DNA of 62,870 nucleotides, the filler included, from Asterionella formosa (Eukaryota): assembly GCA_002256025.1 (NCBI GenBank). It is 12 parts of 12 records of this genome, joined end to end, with 100 filler letters (N's around TTAATTAATTAA, not from the genome) between each part and the next. Parts side by side here need not be neighbours in the genome. Positions count along the whole stretch, not along the records: positions 1 to 17,367 come from NKIB01004480.1; 11 more parts are not named here. The stretch is one strand, 5' to 3'. This document shows, piece by piece, positions 1 through 12,740 of this stretch (position 1 is the stretch's first letter; each line of letters starts with the position of its first letter). The notes beneath the pieces were generated by a model. That model ran no database searches. It saw only the letters and a program-made list of their open reading frames with translations, and was not told the DNA's origin. The position numbers and the translations under genes are program-made.

Positions 1-414
1 TAAAGGCTCATCCTCCAATCAAGGAATTTCAAGTTCAGAATATTGTGGATACCTGTTTGCTGCATCATATGCAGCTCGAGCTACTATTTATAGTACATTG
101 TGTATTTTCACCAGGAACATGGGTTTTCCAACATGATTTGATTATAGATATGTAATTGATATTGGGATATCAATGTCGATAAGTGATAATTGACAAATGA
201 CTACGTCGTGATACTTTCCGTCGTCGTTCTTGCGATTACAAGGTTGTTGATGAGGTTTTAATCCTATCGGATAATCCTACTACCTTGGATAACCATGGAC
301 GAGGTCCTTATTCTATTTATTCAAGTATATGCCAATGGTCCAGTTACTTTTCAACAAACTATGCATACTACGGACTGAATTAATATCCATTACATCAAAC
401 CTTTTCAAAGGTAA
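1..414 (+). pseudogene. Ty3/gypsy integrase C-terminal remnant
   Basis: Manual translation across frameshifts gives ASYAARATIYSTL..PGTWVFQHDLII and FRRRSCDYKVVDEVLILSDNPTTLDNHGRGPYSI...INIHYIKPFQR*. This matches the gypsy integrase C-terminus (GPY motif). It is followed directly by a polypurine tract and an LTR. Confidence 0.8.
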
Positions 415-439
415 AAGGTTTTCCCTTGGTGTGGGAGAG

Positions 440-867
440 TGAGCGATCTTGCGCATCAATACAGATGTATATAGGGTTAGTGTTATATCATGTATGTATA
501 AGAACTCAATAATGAGAGAACTCGACTAACCCTCATTGTATACTTTGGTGTCGACTTGGAGAACGAGTTACACACAAGGATTAACAAATAAGCTCATATA
601 TTCAACAAATACTACTACTTCTAGTTAGATACTTCACCAGGTACCAGTAGTACACAATATTGGTTCATCATGATGGAGGACATGATGGACTACTGGTAGT
701 ACCGCTACTGATTTTACAAACCAGGATTCAGTACATCTAATACGTGTGGTTCAAGTGAGGCTGGCGTGATTTTACAAGACCGGAATACTTCAGCCAATCT
801 GGAGCAGATGAATAAATTCAATTCAACCAATCAGAATATGTGTAGTGACGCTGCGCAAGATCGCTCA
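440..867 (+). mobile_element. 3' LTR of the gypsy element (428 bp)
   Basis: TG...CA ends with a perfect 16-bp terminal inverted repeat: TGAGCGATCTTGCGCA (440-455) and TGCGCAAGATCGCTCA (852-867). The purine-rich tract GGGAGAG lies immediately upstream. Confidence 0.8.
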
Positions 868-1054
868 CCAGGTACCCGAGGTAGCGCTTGTAGACGCTAT
901 GACATAATCATTTACCGGTAGCTTAAAGTTGGTGCTCACTCTTCCGGTAGGCATGGGACGAATCATTGGGAGTGAGTCGCAACTGTAAAAGTGCAAAAAA
1001 AGTGCACTACCGTATTGGACCTTCCAGCTGAGTACACATGTGTAAGAGAAGGCA

Positions 1055-1327
1055 AGCAGCTGCCAAGAACTATGTATTCCCACAAATAAAGCATAAATGT
1101 CATCTCTAGATAGCTATTGCCCATCATATAAAAAATCTTTTAAATATTTCCGACATCCTCATCAAAAAATTGCCAAGGGCCAAAAATTCCATATCATGAA
1201 AATAAATTTTGTATACTTCAAATGTTACCATTTCGGAATAATATTAATAATAATTTACACCGATTGCCCCTTGTTGGTTTCTTTCCATCCCTGGGAATGC
1301 TGAAATTGGCAAGGGGTCTACTTAAGG
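1055..1327 (-). repeat. Dispersed repeat, diverged inverted copy of 9806-10090
   Basis: Its reverse complement begins CCTTAAGTAGACCCCTTGCCAATTTC, versus CCTTAAGTATACTCCTTGCCGATTTC at 9806. Similarity continues for about 250 bp. Confidence 0.6.
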
Positions 1328-1668
1328 ACACCATTTTATATACTCTTCAGATTGGATTAAAATTTAGATAGTATTCACTTCACATGCAACAATGCTGGTA
1401 GTCAAAAGTTCTCTGGGTTTGTTCTTAACGCTAAAACTTGTTTTGCTAGTTAGTTTCCCCGTGATTTTTGATGAGGCTGGTCAATAAAACCCTTTAGTAC
1501 TTTTACATAGTAATCATTGGTCAACATTGATTTGATACGACTTCTAAAAATCAATTTGCAAGTTGACCAAGCTACTAATGACTCTCCAACAACCATGGCA
1601 GGAACAATTGCGACTGCTGTTGAATTGAAAAGTAGATTTAAACCTGATAAGCGTGTCTAGATGGATAC

Positions 1669-1787
1669 ATTAAAGGCTATGCTATCAACAGCCGAGTTTG
1701 TTAGTTGTCAATCAGATGGATCTGTGATTAAAGGCTATGCTATCAACAGTCGAGTTTATTAGTCGTAGTCAATCAGATGGATCTGTG
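1669..1787. repeat. Tandem duplication (58/61-bp units)
   Basis: ATTAAAGGCTATGCTATCAACAG...CAATCAGATGGATCTGTG occurs twice in tandem. Confidence 0.85.
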
Positions 1788-2789
1788 GCTCGTTTGTTCG
1801 ATGTAGCACCAGTTCAGGACATTCCCATAAATGAACAACCTACTTTCCCTAATCAAGATTCGTGTTGGCTGCTGCTTCATTGCTAAAGTCAACCAATCGA
1901 CTATCCTGAAACCGAGGCCCATTACCCAGCTGATCCATTGATTGTTGAGTTGCCTGAGCTTTTTTCCAATCATTTTCTTTTCTCAGGAAGTGACGGTGGG
2001 GATGATAATTTTTTGGTTGCTGCAACCAAAAAAGCCAGCAAGATGTGAAAATGTTCTTACCTTCACTTGCTACCACATATTGTGCAGACAGACGTTGTTA
2101 GGCTCTTGGCATTATGTCCTGCTCATCCCACATACAAATTGAGTGATGAATTCAAGACTCGAATTGATGATAGAGGCATTAATTTTTCGTATGACAGCCA
2201 GGCAATGTTATATACTGTCGATCAAGCTTTGTTTCTTTGATCTGCATTGATGGTGGCAATAATGAGGGTTCTTCATTTGTTCAGTTTTGCTCCCTTGATG
2301 ACAACAACCAACCATTGATTGGTTCCAGTGGGGGTTTGTCTTGTCAACAATAGGAATCAAAATAGCGTTCTAAGAAATCGACCGTGTTTTGGTGACAGCT
2401 GAGAAAATAAACAACTCCAATTTCGGGTCGGTATTGACAAGGTCACTAACCCATCAAACAAAGGACATTAAAATCGCCATAGTTCAGGCTATAGGTCGGT
2501 GATGTTATACTGTAGTAATACTGCGGGCTGTTTTTAGAAAAAGACAGTATACTGGCTGGTATACCATATTGACTTGGCGAACAGTTAAGTATTTCAATTT
2601 TGAAATGACAGTATACCAGGAGTATACGATACTGCTTCCAAAGCAGAATTCTTATTGTCACTCAGTCATGCGCGCTCGCGATTTTTTTTTCGGCCAATAA
2701 CAAAGGATGCAGCAGGCAATAATGGCAGCAACTTAAGTGATTTGTTTCAATCATGCTAATCAACTTGATCATCATCCATCTCTAATGTG

Positions 2790-4370
2790 ATAGTTCTACC
2801 CATTGCTTTACCAACCACAACTTCTTTCCAGTAATTTCAATTCATTTTTAGAAATAAGATCGCTTCAAACACAAAAGGTGATGTTGACTTCCTCACACAT
2901 ATAAGAATGTGCTTGGCAATGGAAACGAGCCTTTCACAACTAACAGAAGTACCAAGGAGGAGGTCAAGACAAATGTAATTTTCATTGATGGACCAGACAG
3001 CACACTTGCGGCGTTTAAGTCTCTTCTGAATCAAATCTGCATAGTTTTGTTGGTGTTCTGAAGAAACAGCAGCATCTGAATTTTCAGGACATTCTTCAGA
3101 GTAATCATTGCTCATACCATTGGCAGGCACAGCATGTGTCTTCCTAAGTTTTGCAACTTTATTGCTCTCTTAGGCATGCAGCTCCTCACCTTTCATGACC
3201 TTCATGACAGCCAACTCAAACAATTGTCATGCACAATTTGTGTATTAATGGCAAGGCAATTTTTGAAATCGGGATAGTCTTCAAGCACATGATGAAATAT
3301 TTCACGTACTTGCCTTGTCTCTGGAGTGCGGCAGTGACTTGATTGAACTTTGTCATGTTCTGAAATGCTGTTTGCAACTCCATCACTTCCACACAAGATA
3401 GCATAAGAGAAGCAAGAGCATTGACCATGGTAAACTGAGATGACCATTGTGTTACATTTTCTGTGATGGTCACAAGAGGAGTGTATTGTCTTAAAGCTGC
3501 AGAGCTTTTTAGCGTTCCTGCCTTCTTCATCAAAATGCTTAGATTCATAATAATTCGAAGGAGACTGGGCTGTTCCATCGCCCATTTCTTGATTGCTTGG
3601 TTAAGATTACTTGGTTAAGCTTGTGCGATCCACACCCCAACAAAGGAACTCCAAGAATTCTTGCCATGCTTTGATTCACTGGGCAGTTGTCTCCAGCAAG
3701 GCAAACAATGTTGTCCACTCTCTTCCCATATTGTGTAAGAGTCTTGGTAAAATGACAGACATGGTTTGCTGCAGTCATGGTCTTAACTCCTTCAGCAAGT
3801 AGAGGCTGCATCGACAACAATGTTTCAATAGCTAAGTTTTTTATAGGATAAATGTAGGATGCATGAATTCCAACGAAATTTTCCTTCATTCCCCTCTGTC
3901 CATCCATCACATACTAGCACCAGCTGGTTTGTTAGCTGCTCCTTAATCTTTGTTTTTACCTCTGACTGTGACAAGAAAATCATTTTCCTAAGCAACTTGG
4001 AGGTGATGGCACCATATCGCATCCCTTTGTGAATGATTTCATTATCAACTTCTGCTAGTGGCATGTTTCGCATGACTACCCATTCCATCCAACAGAACAT
4101 GTCCGATTCTCGTTTGCTAGCTAACTGAAGGAGCAGTGAATGAAGAGAGAAAATTTTGTTTCAAACAGACGTGGTATTCAGCTTGGTAGTCTGGTCCTAT
4201 GCAAGCCTTCAGATGCGCCAACAGGTTTGTCCAACCCACTGACTTCTTCTTGTCTTGTTGACATTTCTTGCACCTCCACAAGAAATTTTCTCCTCCACCT
4301 TGACTATCATGCTCATTGAAAAAGAAATCAACCATGTTTCTTTGGCTAATCTTGAGATAGTGGAAGCCAT
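2790..4370 (-). pseudogene. hAT transposase pseudogene
   Basis: Consecutive frameshifted ORFs carry a BED finger (WRCKKC...WTNLLAHL), CDGWT, DNCPVN...GCGSHKLN (CxxH), NVTQWSS, and the dimerisation motif TSVSCERLVSIAK...FEAILFLKMN. Confidence 0.9.
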
Positions 4371-4690
4371 AATGAGGTTGACAAGTTTGTGTGCCGCATT
4401 TAGCAGTTTTTGTGGTAATTTAGTAATGCTGATTTTTCTATAGTAAGCCGATTTTTTCTATTTTGGTGTTGCTTAAGGTTGCGGCCCCGCAGTTACACAA
4501 TGCAAGGTCCGTTTTTTCCCAAAAATAATTTCATGATGTACCTTAATCCACACATTACGTACAAATACATAAAATAGTTATAGGTAGCTACAATTAGCTT
4601 TCACCAATACGACCATTTTGCATATGCTAAGATACAGTCGTGGGTCGACTTTGGGGTATTTTCTATCTTCGGATATGGTAAGGACCTCAT

Positions 4691-4811
4691 TTCTGGAGAG
4701 AAACTGCAGTTATCCCTCTTGGAATCGTAACTATACAAAAAATAATCAAAAAAGGGGGCTGTACAGCTTTTTAAAAATTCTACAAGGGATAACTGCAGTT
4801 TCTCTCCAGAA
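4691..4811. repeat. Perfect 27-bp inverted repeat, 67-nt spacer
   Basis: TTCTGGAGAGAAACTGCAGTTATCCCT (4691-4717) and its exact reverse complement (4785-4811). Confidence 0.8.
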
Positions 4812-5159
4812 GTTAACTCCTGACGTAATTGGGTACATGGCTATCTACTTTTATCTTGATGAAACTCCACAGATGTAGAGCAATCCTCCTCCATTGAACG
4901 GAATTTTGCTCTCCAATGCTTTACAAGACGCTAGATTTTCTGTAAGATTCCTACATAGCAGTATACTGGCAAGCTAGACCAGTATAGTGGCAAAATTTTG
5001 GAAATGTATGGTATTTGGAATATAGAATGACAGTGTACTGATATACTGATACTGCGTCTGGAGCAGTATCAGTATCCAATACTGCAGTATACTTTCACCA
5101 ACCTACACATGGTTCAGGCCTCCCACATGACCCATAACAATAGCCTTCTGTAGTACTTA

Positions 5160-5262
5160 CCGAAAAATTCGATGTGCCCCATATTGCCCCTTAATAAAAG
5201 GTACTTAAGAAATTATTTAGAAGTACCCAATGGCAAGACAATAGCTGGAGCAGGAATTGCAA
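5160..5262 (+). repeat. Dispersed repeat, copy of 17654-17745 (reverse complement); possible end of a tyrosine-recombinase element
   Basis: CCGAAAAATTCGATGTGCCCCATATTGCCCC...AATGGCAAGAC.ATAGCTGGAGC.GGAATTGC is shared between the two loci. Confidence 0.7.
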
Positions 5263-5724
5263 TTATATATGATTATGCTTGAAGTGTATTAATCTTTATT
5301 ATTATTGGTACACCAGGGTACCTGGTAAACAGTCAGAGGCAAGGTAGTGTGGCTGGTGATCCCTAAACATGCTCATATACCTTGAGTTGGATATGATATG
5401 TTTGATGAAAGTTATACTAAACCAGTATACAGAAGATCCACATTGTGGCAATGTCCCATTTAAAACTGCAGTCACATGTGTGCTATTACATGTATATGCC
5501 TTTCTAGGAAAGTGAGACTACTGCTAATTTAGAATTCAGGATGCATGTGATTGACAATGAATGAATCACTTATTAACTGTACAACTTTCATGCCAATATA
5601 ACTTTCCAATGTACTCGTTTTTGCAAATGAGAAACATGTTTTTGCACAACCAAACCTTTCACAATAAGCATGAATAATACCCACAAGAACAGTCAGCACA
5701 GTACTGACTGGTGAGAGCTATACC

Positions 5725-6896
5725 CTAAAAGATAAAGACTGCAACAGCAAGAAATGCAATGCAAGTGGCAGTCATGGCATTGCTGTAATGCATCATTGCA
5801 CTACTGGTGGTTGGGGCTTTGGTTGGGGCCTTGGTAGTAGGAGGAGTGCTTGCTGGTGAGCCACTTGCAGCAGAAGAAGTTGGCTGTGATGTTGCAGCGG
5901 ATCCAGGTGCTGCAGATGAAGGATTTCCAGTGGCCACAGGAGCCATAGTATCAGGAGCCACAGGAGCCATGGTTGTCTGGTCTGAACCCTTTCCACAGCA
6001 ACCTTCCGCGAGCATGGATTGGTATTCTGCACATGTATATCTGACCTCTTGACTTGCAAAAAACTCAATCACTCCGCATGGAGTATCATAGAAATCCGAA
6101 CTAATATCCAAGATCAGCTGTGATGGGTCAGGAAGGAGAGTGGAGTCACCACAGATTCGACAAGCACCTGCGGAGGCAATAGTGTTGTTACACCCACTGT
6201 CAGTATTGATGTGGTGGAAATGGACGAGAAGAAGATGGTTAGAGCAGGATAATTACTTTCAGAAAATGCCATTGAAATGGAATGCCCGTACCAGTACACA
6301 CCACCAGAGGCCTGCAATGCAGTGCATTCCTCTGTGGAATTGGTAGGAAAAAGTTGCAAACCTCCACAAGTAAAAAAATCAGCACCAAAAACCGGGAAGG
6401 TTGGATCAGGAACCATAGAGCCATCCTCACATAGAGGGCAGCTCGGCATGACGCCAGGACAACCACAAAGTTCTTGAAATATGGATATGTTCGCGCTTAT
6501 CTTCGAGCAGGATGTTTCACCAAGGAAAGCAAGACCGTCATCTATGTCCGTGCAGGTCACATTCAATCCAGGGAATGATAAATCAGGATTTCCAGGTGGG
6601 GTTCCATTTGGGCACAGGGAGCATAACTGGACAGAGCCAGGGCATCCACACAGAAAGTCCAAATTAGCAGCTCCGACAAGACCGGTACATGTGGTGCTAT
6701 CCAACGGGAACATGCTGATGCCCGATTCAACAATCCCACATGTCGTGTTAGCAAGTTGAGGAATGTCCGGAAGGGCCAGTGGCAAACTTGGGTTTGGCAC
6801 AGCAGAGCCATCCTTGCACACAGAGCAGTTTTGCGCCAGGGTGGAAGCAACCGCAAAGATTGCCATGGTAAGGAGACGAAGAAGCTTAATTTTCAT
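5725..6896 (-). CDS. Cys-rich repeat cell-surface protein, probably GPI-anchored (2 exons: 6896-6292 and 6196-5725; 358 aa)
   Basis: N-terminal signal peptide, four CxxCxxG..P.P...TC...C...CGC repeats, an S/T/P/A stalk and a hydrophobic C-terminal tail. A 95-nt GT-AG intron (6291-6197) with a CTAAC branch point joins the two ORFs in frame (VYC-GCNN). Confidence 0.9.
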
Positions 6897-7565
6897 TGTA
6901 AACGATGCGGCTGAAATCGGGAGGGAAACGAAAGTCCATGTGAGTGATGCTGATGCTTGATGGTATGAGTCGAGTCAACAAAGAAAGAAGACGAAGGAGG
7001 AGTCAAGCAACATACCTAATTTTCGTACCATAGCAATTCCCACTCCAGCTATGGCTGGTTGCAACCTGAAGATAAATATAGTAGGATACGTAGGCCCCAG
7101 TATATATTTTCTTTTGCATCTAATAATTAAGAGTAAAAGTTGTGACGCATACAAAAATTGATGCAAATTTTAACATCGCCTCATTGGACTCATTTCGCCA
7201 ACCATTGTTGCTGATCGACATTGGAATCAGTTACCGGTATATTGATTGAATAATGGTTCTGGTACCCTCATAAATATTTTACACTTCTTCGGAGTAGCAA
7301 GAACATAATTGTGGGACAAGCTACACTACGTATATATAAGCTATATAAATATAGCGGTCACTTTGTGGAAAGTATATGTGTGGCAATGGGGTTACTGGTA
7401 GGCTGTCCTATATAGTGCCTCTGATGTTGCCGATAAAGAGATTTCTTAAAACAATGGGATAGTACAATGTTATTAAGCAAAAGTATGATTATTATTTCGA
7501 ACCCCCTACTATTCAAGATTCATGTGATGCTACTATTTCCTGAATGAAATGAAGCTACTACCTGA

Positions 7566-7810
7566 TTAGTGATGTTGTGGCTCTAATTCTGCAGCATACA
7601 AACAAGCTCGCCAATAGCTAGTCAATGAGAATGAAAGACCCATGATTAAGGGCATAAGCAACAAACTGCGCCGCCATCTGGTCCATCTTCTCTTTGATCC
7701 ACATCTCATCTTGAAGAACAGATTCGAAATATGGATCGATGTTGCATCGTTCTCCAATTCTGTCGTATAAATTGACCAAAGCTTTTGATTTCGAGTAACA
7801 AACAAACAAT
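7566..7810 (-). pseudogene. Fragment of an unknown gene family, paralogous to the N-terminal part of 45986-47712
   Basis: FVCYSKSK...FESVLQDEMWIKEKMDQMAAQFVAYALNHGSFILI aligns by eye with FVCYTKAK...FDSILEKEAWIKIKIDQITAQFVACWLNYESLILL. Confidence 0.7.
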
Positions 7811-8179
7811 CAATTCCCCATCAATATCGAGACCCTATCATTCGTTATAAGATCATCGTCGTCCCCACAAGAAGGTAGCTCTTAAGGGATTCAACGAACG
7901 CACATGGCTTGTAAGAAATTCGATTGCTGATATGCAAATGGAGAGATAATGACGAATACTGCCGGTACAAGAATTGGATCAAAGCATGTACCGGTAGAGC
8001 ATTCAAATCGGAATGGAAACAAGGAATGCACCATTGTTGCACAGAATTCATTCTGATAGTAGCATTGTCGGGAACAAGGTTTACATACATGTAAGGTGAT
8101 CTGTGTAAAGTCATAACCTTCGCTCAAACAATAATTGATCAAAGAGCAACAGCTATTGATCAATCAAACAACGTATCAA

Positions 8180-8530
8180 TAAATCAAAACATTTGATTAG
8201 CAGATTAGTTTTGATAACTAATATATATGACTTCTATCTTTGCGTAACCTGACGAGTGTAAGCAAATAATCTGACAAACAAATTTGATTGACCACACCGA
8301 CACGGTCATTGATATATCAAAATTATCATCAATATAACAAAACATTTGATCAATATATCAACAAATTTGGTTAACCGATTAGATTTGGTAACTAATATAT
8401 ACGAGTTCTTATAAACGAATAACCTATCATGTGTATGCTACTAACCTAAAGTACAAATTTGATTGATCATTCAGACACTGCTGTTGATATATCAAAATTA
8501 TCATCAACATGTCAAAATATTTGAATAATC
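8180..8530. repeat. Diverged tandem repeat (2 units, ~175 bp)
   Basis: TAACTAATATATA...CAAATTTGATTGA...TTGATATATCAAAATTATCATCAA occurs twice. Confidence 0.7.
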
Positions 8531-8579
8531 AATCAGTTTTTTAACGTATGCTGAGTAAAACGTTAGAGCTAAAGAAAAT

Positions 8580-9110
8580 CTATTTACAGAAGATTTTATG
8601 GAGTGGTTAAAATCAATGAAGGTGATAGTTCACATCTCATTGTTCCTTGTCTTTTTTACCTATTTGTTTTTGCTACAGTTATCAATATAGATGTAATCTA
8701 GCTGATCAGAAAAGGAGAAGGCCATTGCGGCACATCTCAATTTGGACTCGCTACTGCGACATGCATTGAATGTTAAAATATGCAACAGCTGTTTCTAAAC
8801 AAATTTACGAATTTTATCGTTGACAGCTACTAATCCTTCTTTTTCTTTATTGTACTTGTTAGAGTTATCGCTGTAGACTATTTGTAGCAGCTCCGAAGAG
8901 GAGAAGCAAGGCCATTGTGGCACATCTCAATTTTGACTCCTCTCTACTTACTACGGCGACATGCAAGGCTCAACGATGCTCAACGAGGACCAACGGTGCC
9001 TTATTTATACTCTGGCAGGCTTTTGTAAAGTCTACAATCAACAATGACTAAACAATGTGTCGTCTACAACAGCAACTAATACTACGGGTGCTGAATTCTA
9101 CTGTGGGAAC
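8580..9110. repeat. ~190-bp tandem array plus flank, homologous to 28583-29270
   Basis: GCCATTG(C/T)GGCACATCTCAATTT occurs at 8721 and 8911. The downstream flank (CAACAATGACTAAACAATGTG...TGCTGAATTCTACTGTG) is the same as at 29.2 kb. Confidence 0.85.
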
Positions 9111-9805
9111 CTTCCTCTTGAGATCAATTAATTATTGGTGTGATCACATAATTATTTTAGAATTGAAATAAATTTTTGTTTAATCCGAATAAATTAGGGA
9201 AAAAATAACGTAATATTTCAAAAAGGTAACATAATATTTTAGAAAAGTAGCATAAATACGTCATTTTAGACATAAACTCGAAAAAGTGCCGTAAACGGCG
9301 TCTTAGATGTATGTAAAATCAATGAATATGTGATGCAAATAATAATTGAACATACTAGCCTCGTAAAGATAATACCAAATCTACAGCATGCATATTATAA
9401 CCATGATTGAAGCATTAAAGTTTAGCTTAAACTATGCGTGGTTGTTTTGAGTACCACGTACGTATGTAGGCTAAGTGACTAGAATATCAGCTAAGAATCA
9501 CATACATGACCGGAGCAAAAACTTGTCGACAACATCAGATGTATCAATATCATCGTTCGTCTGGACAATGCAACTACATGAACCCCTTGAGAAGACAAGC
9601 AAGCCAACAAACAACCGCATCCATTTGACAACAAATTGCTACTGGCTTCTTCAAAAAACTCATTTCGCTTCAGACTGGGGGGCATGATGGATGATGATCA
9701 GGACGGTGAAAGGTGAATTGCTGGAGTCCACTTTTCAGGCGACAAAAAAACGAGGTGAATAACAGATATAATTTAATAAAATCTGTAGAGTATATAAAAT
9801 GGATT

Positions 9806-10090
9806 CCTTAAGTATACTCCTTGCCGATTTCGGCAATCCAAGCGCTGGAATGCCAAGGGGCAATTGGGGTCCGCTGTCTTGCCAAAATGCCAACATAAGA
9901 AATACACAAAATAATTTTTAATGATGGGCAATATTGGACCTTTGGCAACAAGATTTTAGGTGAAGATAGGAAATATACGAAATATATTTTAAATGATGGG
10001 TTTTAGTTAGCTAGAAGTTACACATATGCTTCATTTGTGGGCATTAGGTGGTAAGCGAATGGCGCGACGATAGCTAGTTTGTGAATTGCC
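9806..10090 (+). repeat. Dispersed repeat (same family as 1055-1327; 3' part resembles 5160-5262 and 17654-17745)
   Basis: Begins CCTTAAG and contains GAATGGCGCGACGATAGCTAGTTTGTGAATTGC, similar to GAATGGCAAGACGATAGCTGGAGCGGGAATTGC. Confidence 0.55.
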
Positions 10091-12554
10091 TCAACAATAC
10101 CCTTCTTGGTGGCTACTTGTCTTCTAGTACCCAACCTCGAACACATGTATACTTGAAGGCAAGAGACTACCTCGAGCATGTCTTTCCTGCAGCAAGTTGG
10201 CTCTGGTAATTTTTTGCGCCAACTTGTCCTACCAGTACTGTATTACCTGCCGAAAAATTTAGTGATTCGAATTCTAAATTCAACATCAGGTGCATTCATC
10301 CACATGGAGCATTTGACATCATGTATAAGCAGAATCGGGACAGAAACGTGTAGTAAGAGTGAATACCTAGAGGAGATAGTCATATATCTTTTCCTATAAT
10401 AAAGTGATGAATAATTTTACTTTTTGCCGTGTTTCAGTTGTCGTTTGATACCCTCCTTGCGGGTGCCATCAATCAAATCTGCATCTGATGAATAACCATC
10501 ATAGCTAGTAACAACTCAAGCAACATGGATGAAAACAATATTCTAGCTACAGTTGCTAGTCAATTAGAGGCTGATGGAATGATAAAACAGGAATACCACT
10601 TTATTTATAGAGCATCTATGTGTCACTCTCAATTCTAGTGAGTTCGTGATGCTAATGGATAGGAAAATTGGTAGATTGTTGGATGTAAAATCCTGTTTTT
10701 GATCCCTCAGACGGTATCAACAAGACCCTTCGTCAGATTCAACGCTACCCTCCAGAACCTCCTGAATATGGCCAACTCGAAATTGTTCTTCTCTCTGAGC
10801 ATGTCGCCGGATCCCTAATTTCGTGGGTTCCGTCACATGATATCTATGTCATATTCTTCCTGTTTCATTCATCAACAGTCCTCTCGCATGCAGTCTCCCC
10901 CCATAGAATCACTACCGCCTGCTACCGGAGATTCATGAATGAAAAGGGAGAGTGTTTTGAAATTATGAATGACGACAACCCAGAAAATGAAAAACAATCA
11001 ACCTAGCTACTCTAAGGAGGTGTTTGGATTTTTGACGAGAGTTTGTCTTGCCACTATCAAGGTCTTATCATCCAAGCGGATCTTTTTGTACCCAAATGTA
11101 ACCTTAACTTTGATGGGGTCACAAAACAAGTTTGCACGTATGTGGAACAACAATTTGTAGATCATCATGTACAGAGGCAGAACAACGAAAGAAGAACAAG
11201 CGACAATGAGCCAAGTTTATGTACTATGGGTATGAGTGGCGCCTACTACAAAGGTTTCAAGAAGCAACTTACCGCACAATGATTGGCAGTGCATGTTGTA
11301 CATACAACAACCTTTGGGATTGGCACTCCTAATTGTGCACCATTAATTGAAGCCCGCAATGCATCACGCCATCCTCTCTTCACTTGGCTTGCAAGACTTG
11401 ACACAGTGCGCATAGATCTACCGGTATTCAAACTACATTGATCTGCTTCAAAATGCACGTAAATGACCGTGAAGTTGATTTGATGTATGACTCCATGATG
11501 TCAATCTTATGAGTTCGTCTGCCATTTGTGGAATCATTTGGTGGCGATGGGATGGTCATGCCATTTGTTCGCTTACCTTCCAATGTTGGCGATGGCTTTT
11601 TGTTATCTACTGTTAAGTATACAACTGACCGAATTCATGGTAGGTTCTTGTTCGAAATTGTAGTAGGCTGTTTGAACAGCAGCGATACACCTGGTGAAGT
11701 TTCGGTGATGACACTGCGGCATTATTGCTTGCAACCACTGTTGCGTAACTTTAAAATCTTCATCATATTTGCATGCAATTGACTAAATTTGAATAGGTTA
11801 TAGTATTTGTTACTAAGATAGATTGATTCTACTGTAGATTAAAGAATTCGTCTGCTTCCCAAGTCTTCCACATCATCAACCTTACAAGATACCTCCAAAA
11901 AGGGTTAACATGGCCTTTTCTCAAAATTTGGCACCTCCCACATTCCATCCATGGTTTGTTTTGTTTATGTCAATTCGTTTGAGCTTTTGATTCATCTTTG
12001 TTAACCTACCTAAGTTTGACAAATAGACAATTTCTGGATGATTTATCGCTGAAGTCAACCAATATGGACTATCCTGAAATCGAGGCCAATTACCCAGCTC
12101 ATACATTGATTATTGAGTTCGTCTGCAAATAAAAAGTATTGTACATATAAGATCAGGGGTATCATACAATAGTTGGCACAGAATTTTTCTGTGCATGATA
12201 CATATTTCCCTATATTTGTGATAAATGCATACTATGAAAGTGAACAGGCTAAGCTTACTCATAATAATCAAACCACCATATAATTATCAAAACATTATCC
12301 TATGATGTATATTCTTTTATCATGTACCTATCCCGCCTTATATGATAATTAACTCTAATCGAAATAGCGGTTGAAAATAGGTTGAAATGGATGGTAACTC
12401 TAATCAAAATAGCTGTTGAAAATAGGTTGAAATGGATTGTAATTTTACTGTTATATCACGAAATGATTTGTATGTTTCCACATTTTGTGTGGCTAAACAG
12501 TCAATGTTCCCCATTTCTATTGTCTAAATGCTCTTGAAGATGCATGACTCACTC

Positions 12555-12740
12555 ACCCGCCTCCCTTCAATGCTTGTGAGGATACATTCCCAACCCGCCT
12601 CCCTTCAATGCTCTTGATGCATGCTTCCCGCTTCCCTTCAATGCTCTTGATGCATGCCTCCCCTCTGCTTCCCTTCAATGCTCTTGAGGATAAATGCTTC
12701 CCCCCCCCGCCTCCCTTGATTCATGCCTCCCACCTCCCTT
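12555..12740. repeat. Minisatellite, ~30-40-bp units
   Basis: CCCGCCTCCCTTCAATGC(TC)TTG repeated about 5 times. Confidence 0.8.

Larger units (their letters stand above)
2492..5105 (-). mobile_element. hAT-superfamily DNA transposon (decayed)
   Basis: Imperfect TIRs: TAGGTCGGTGATGTTATACTGTAGTA at 2492, and TAGGTTGGTGAAAGTATACTGCAGTA as the reverse complement ending at 5105. Subterminal CAGTATACTG repeats and an internal hAT transposase pseudogene are present. Confidence 0.8.

Noticed and set aside
10700..11790. Possible decayed coding fragments on both strands
   Set aside because: No motif that I can assign with confidence.
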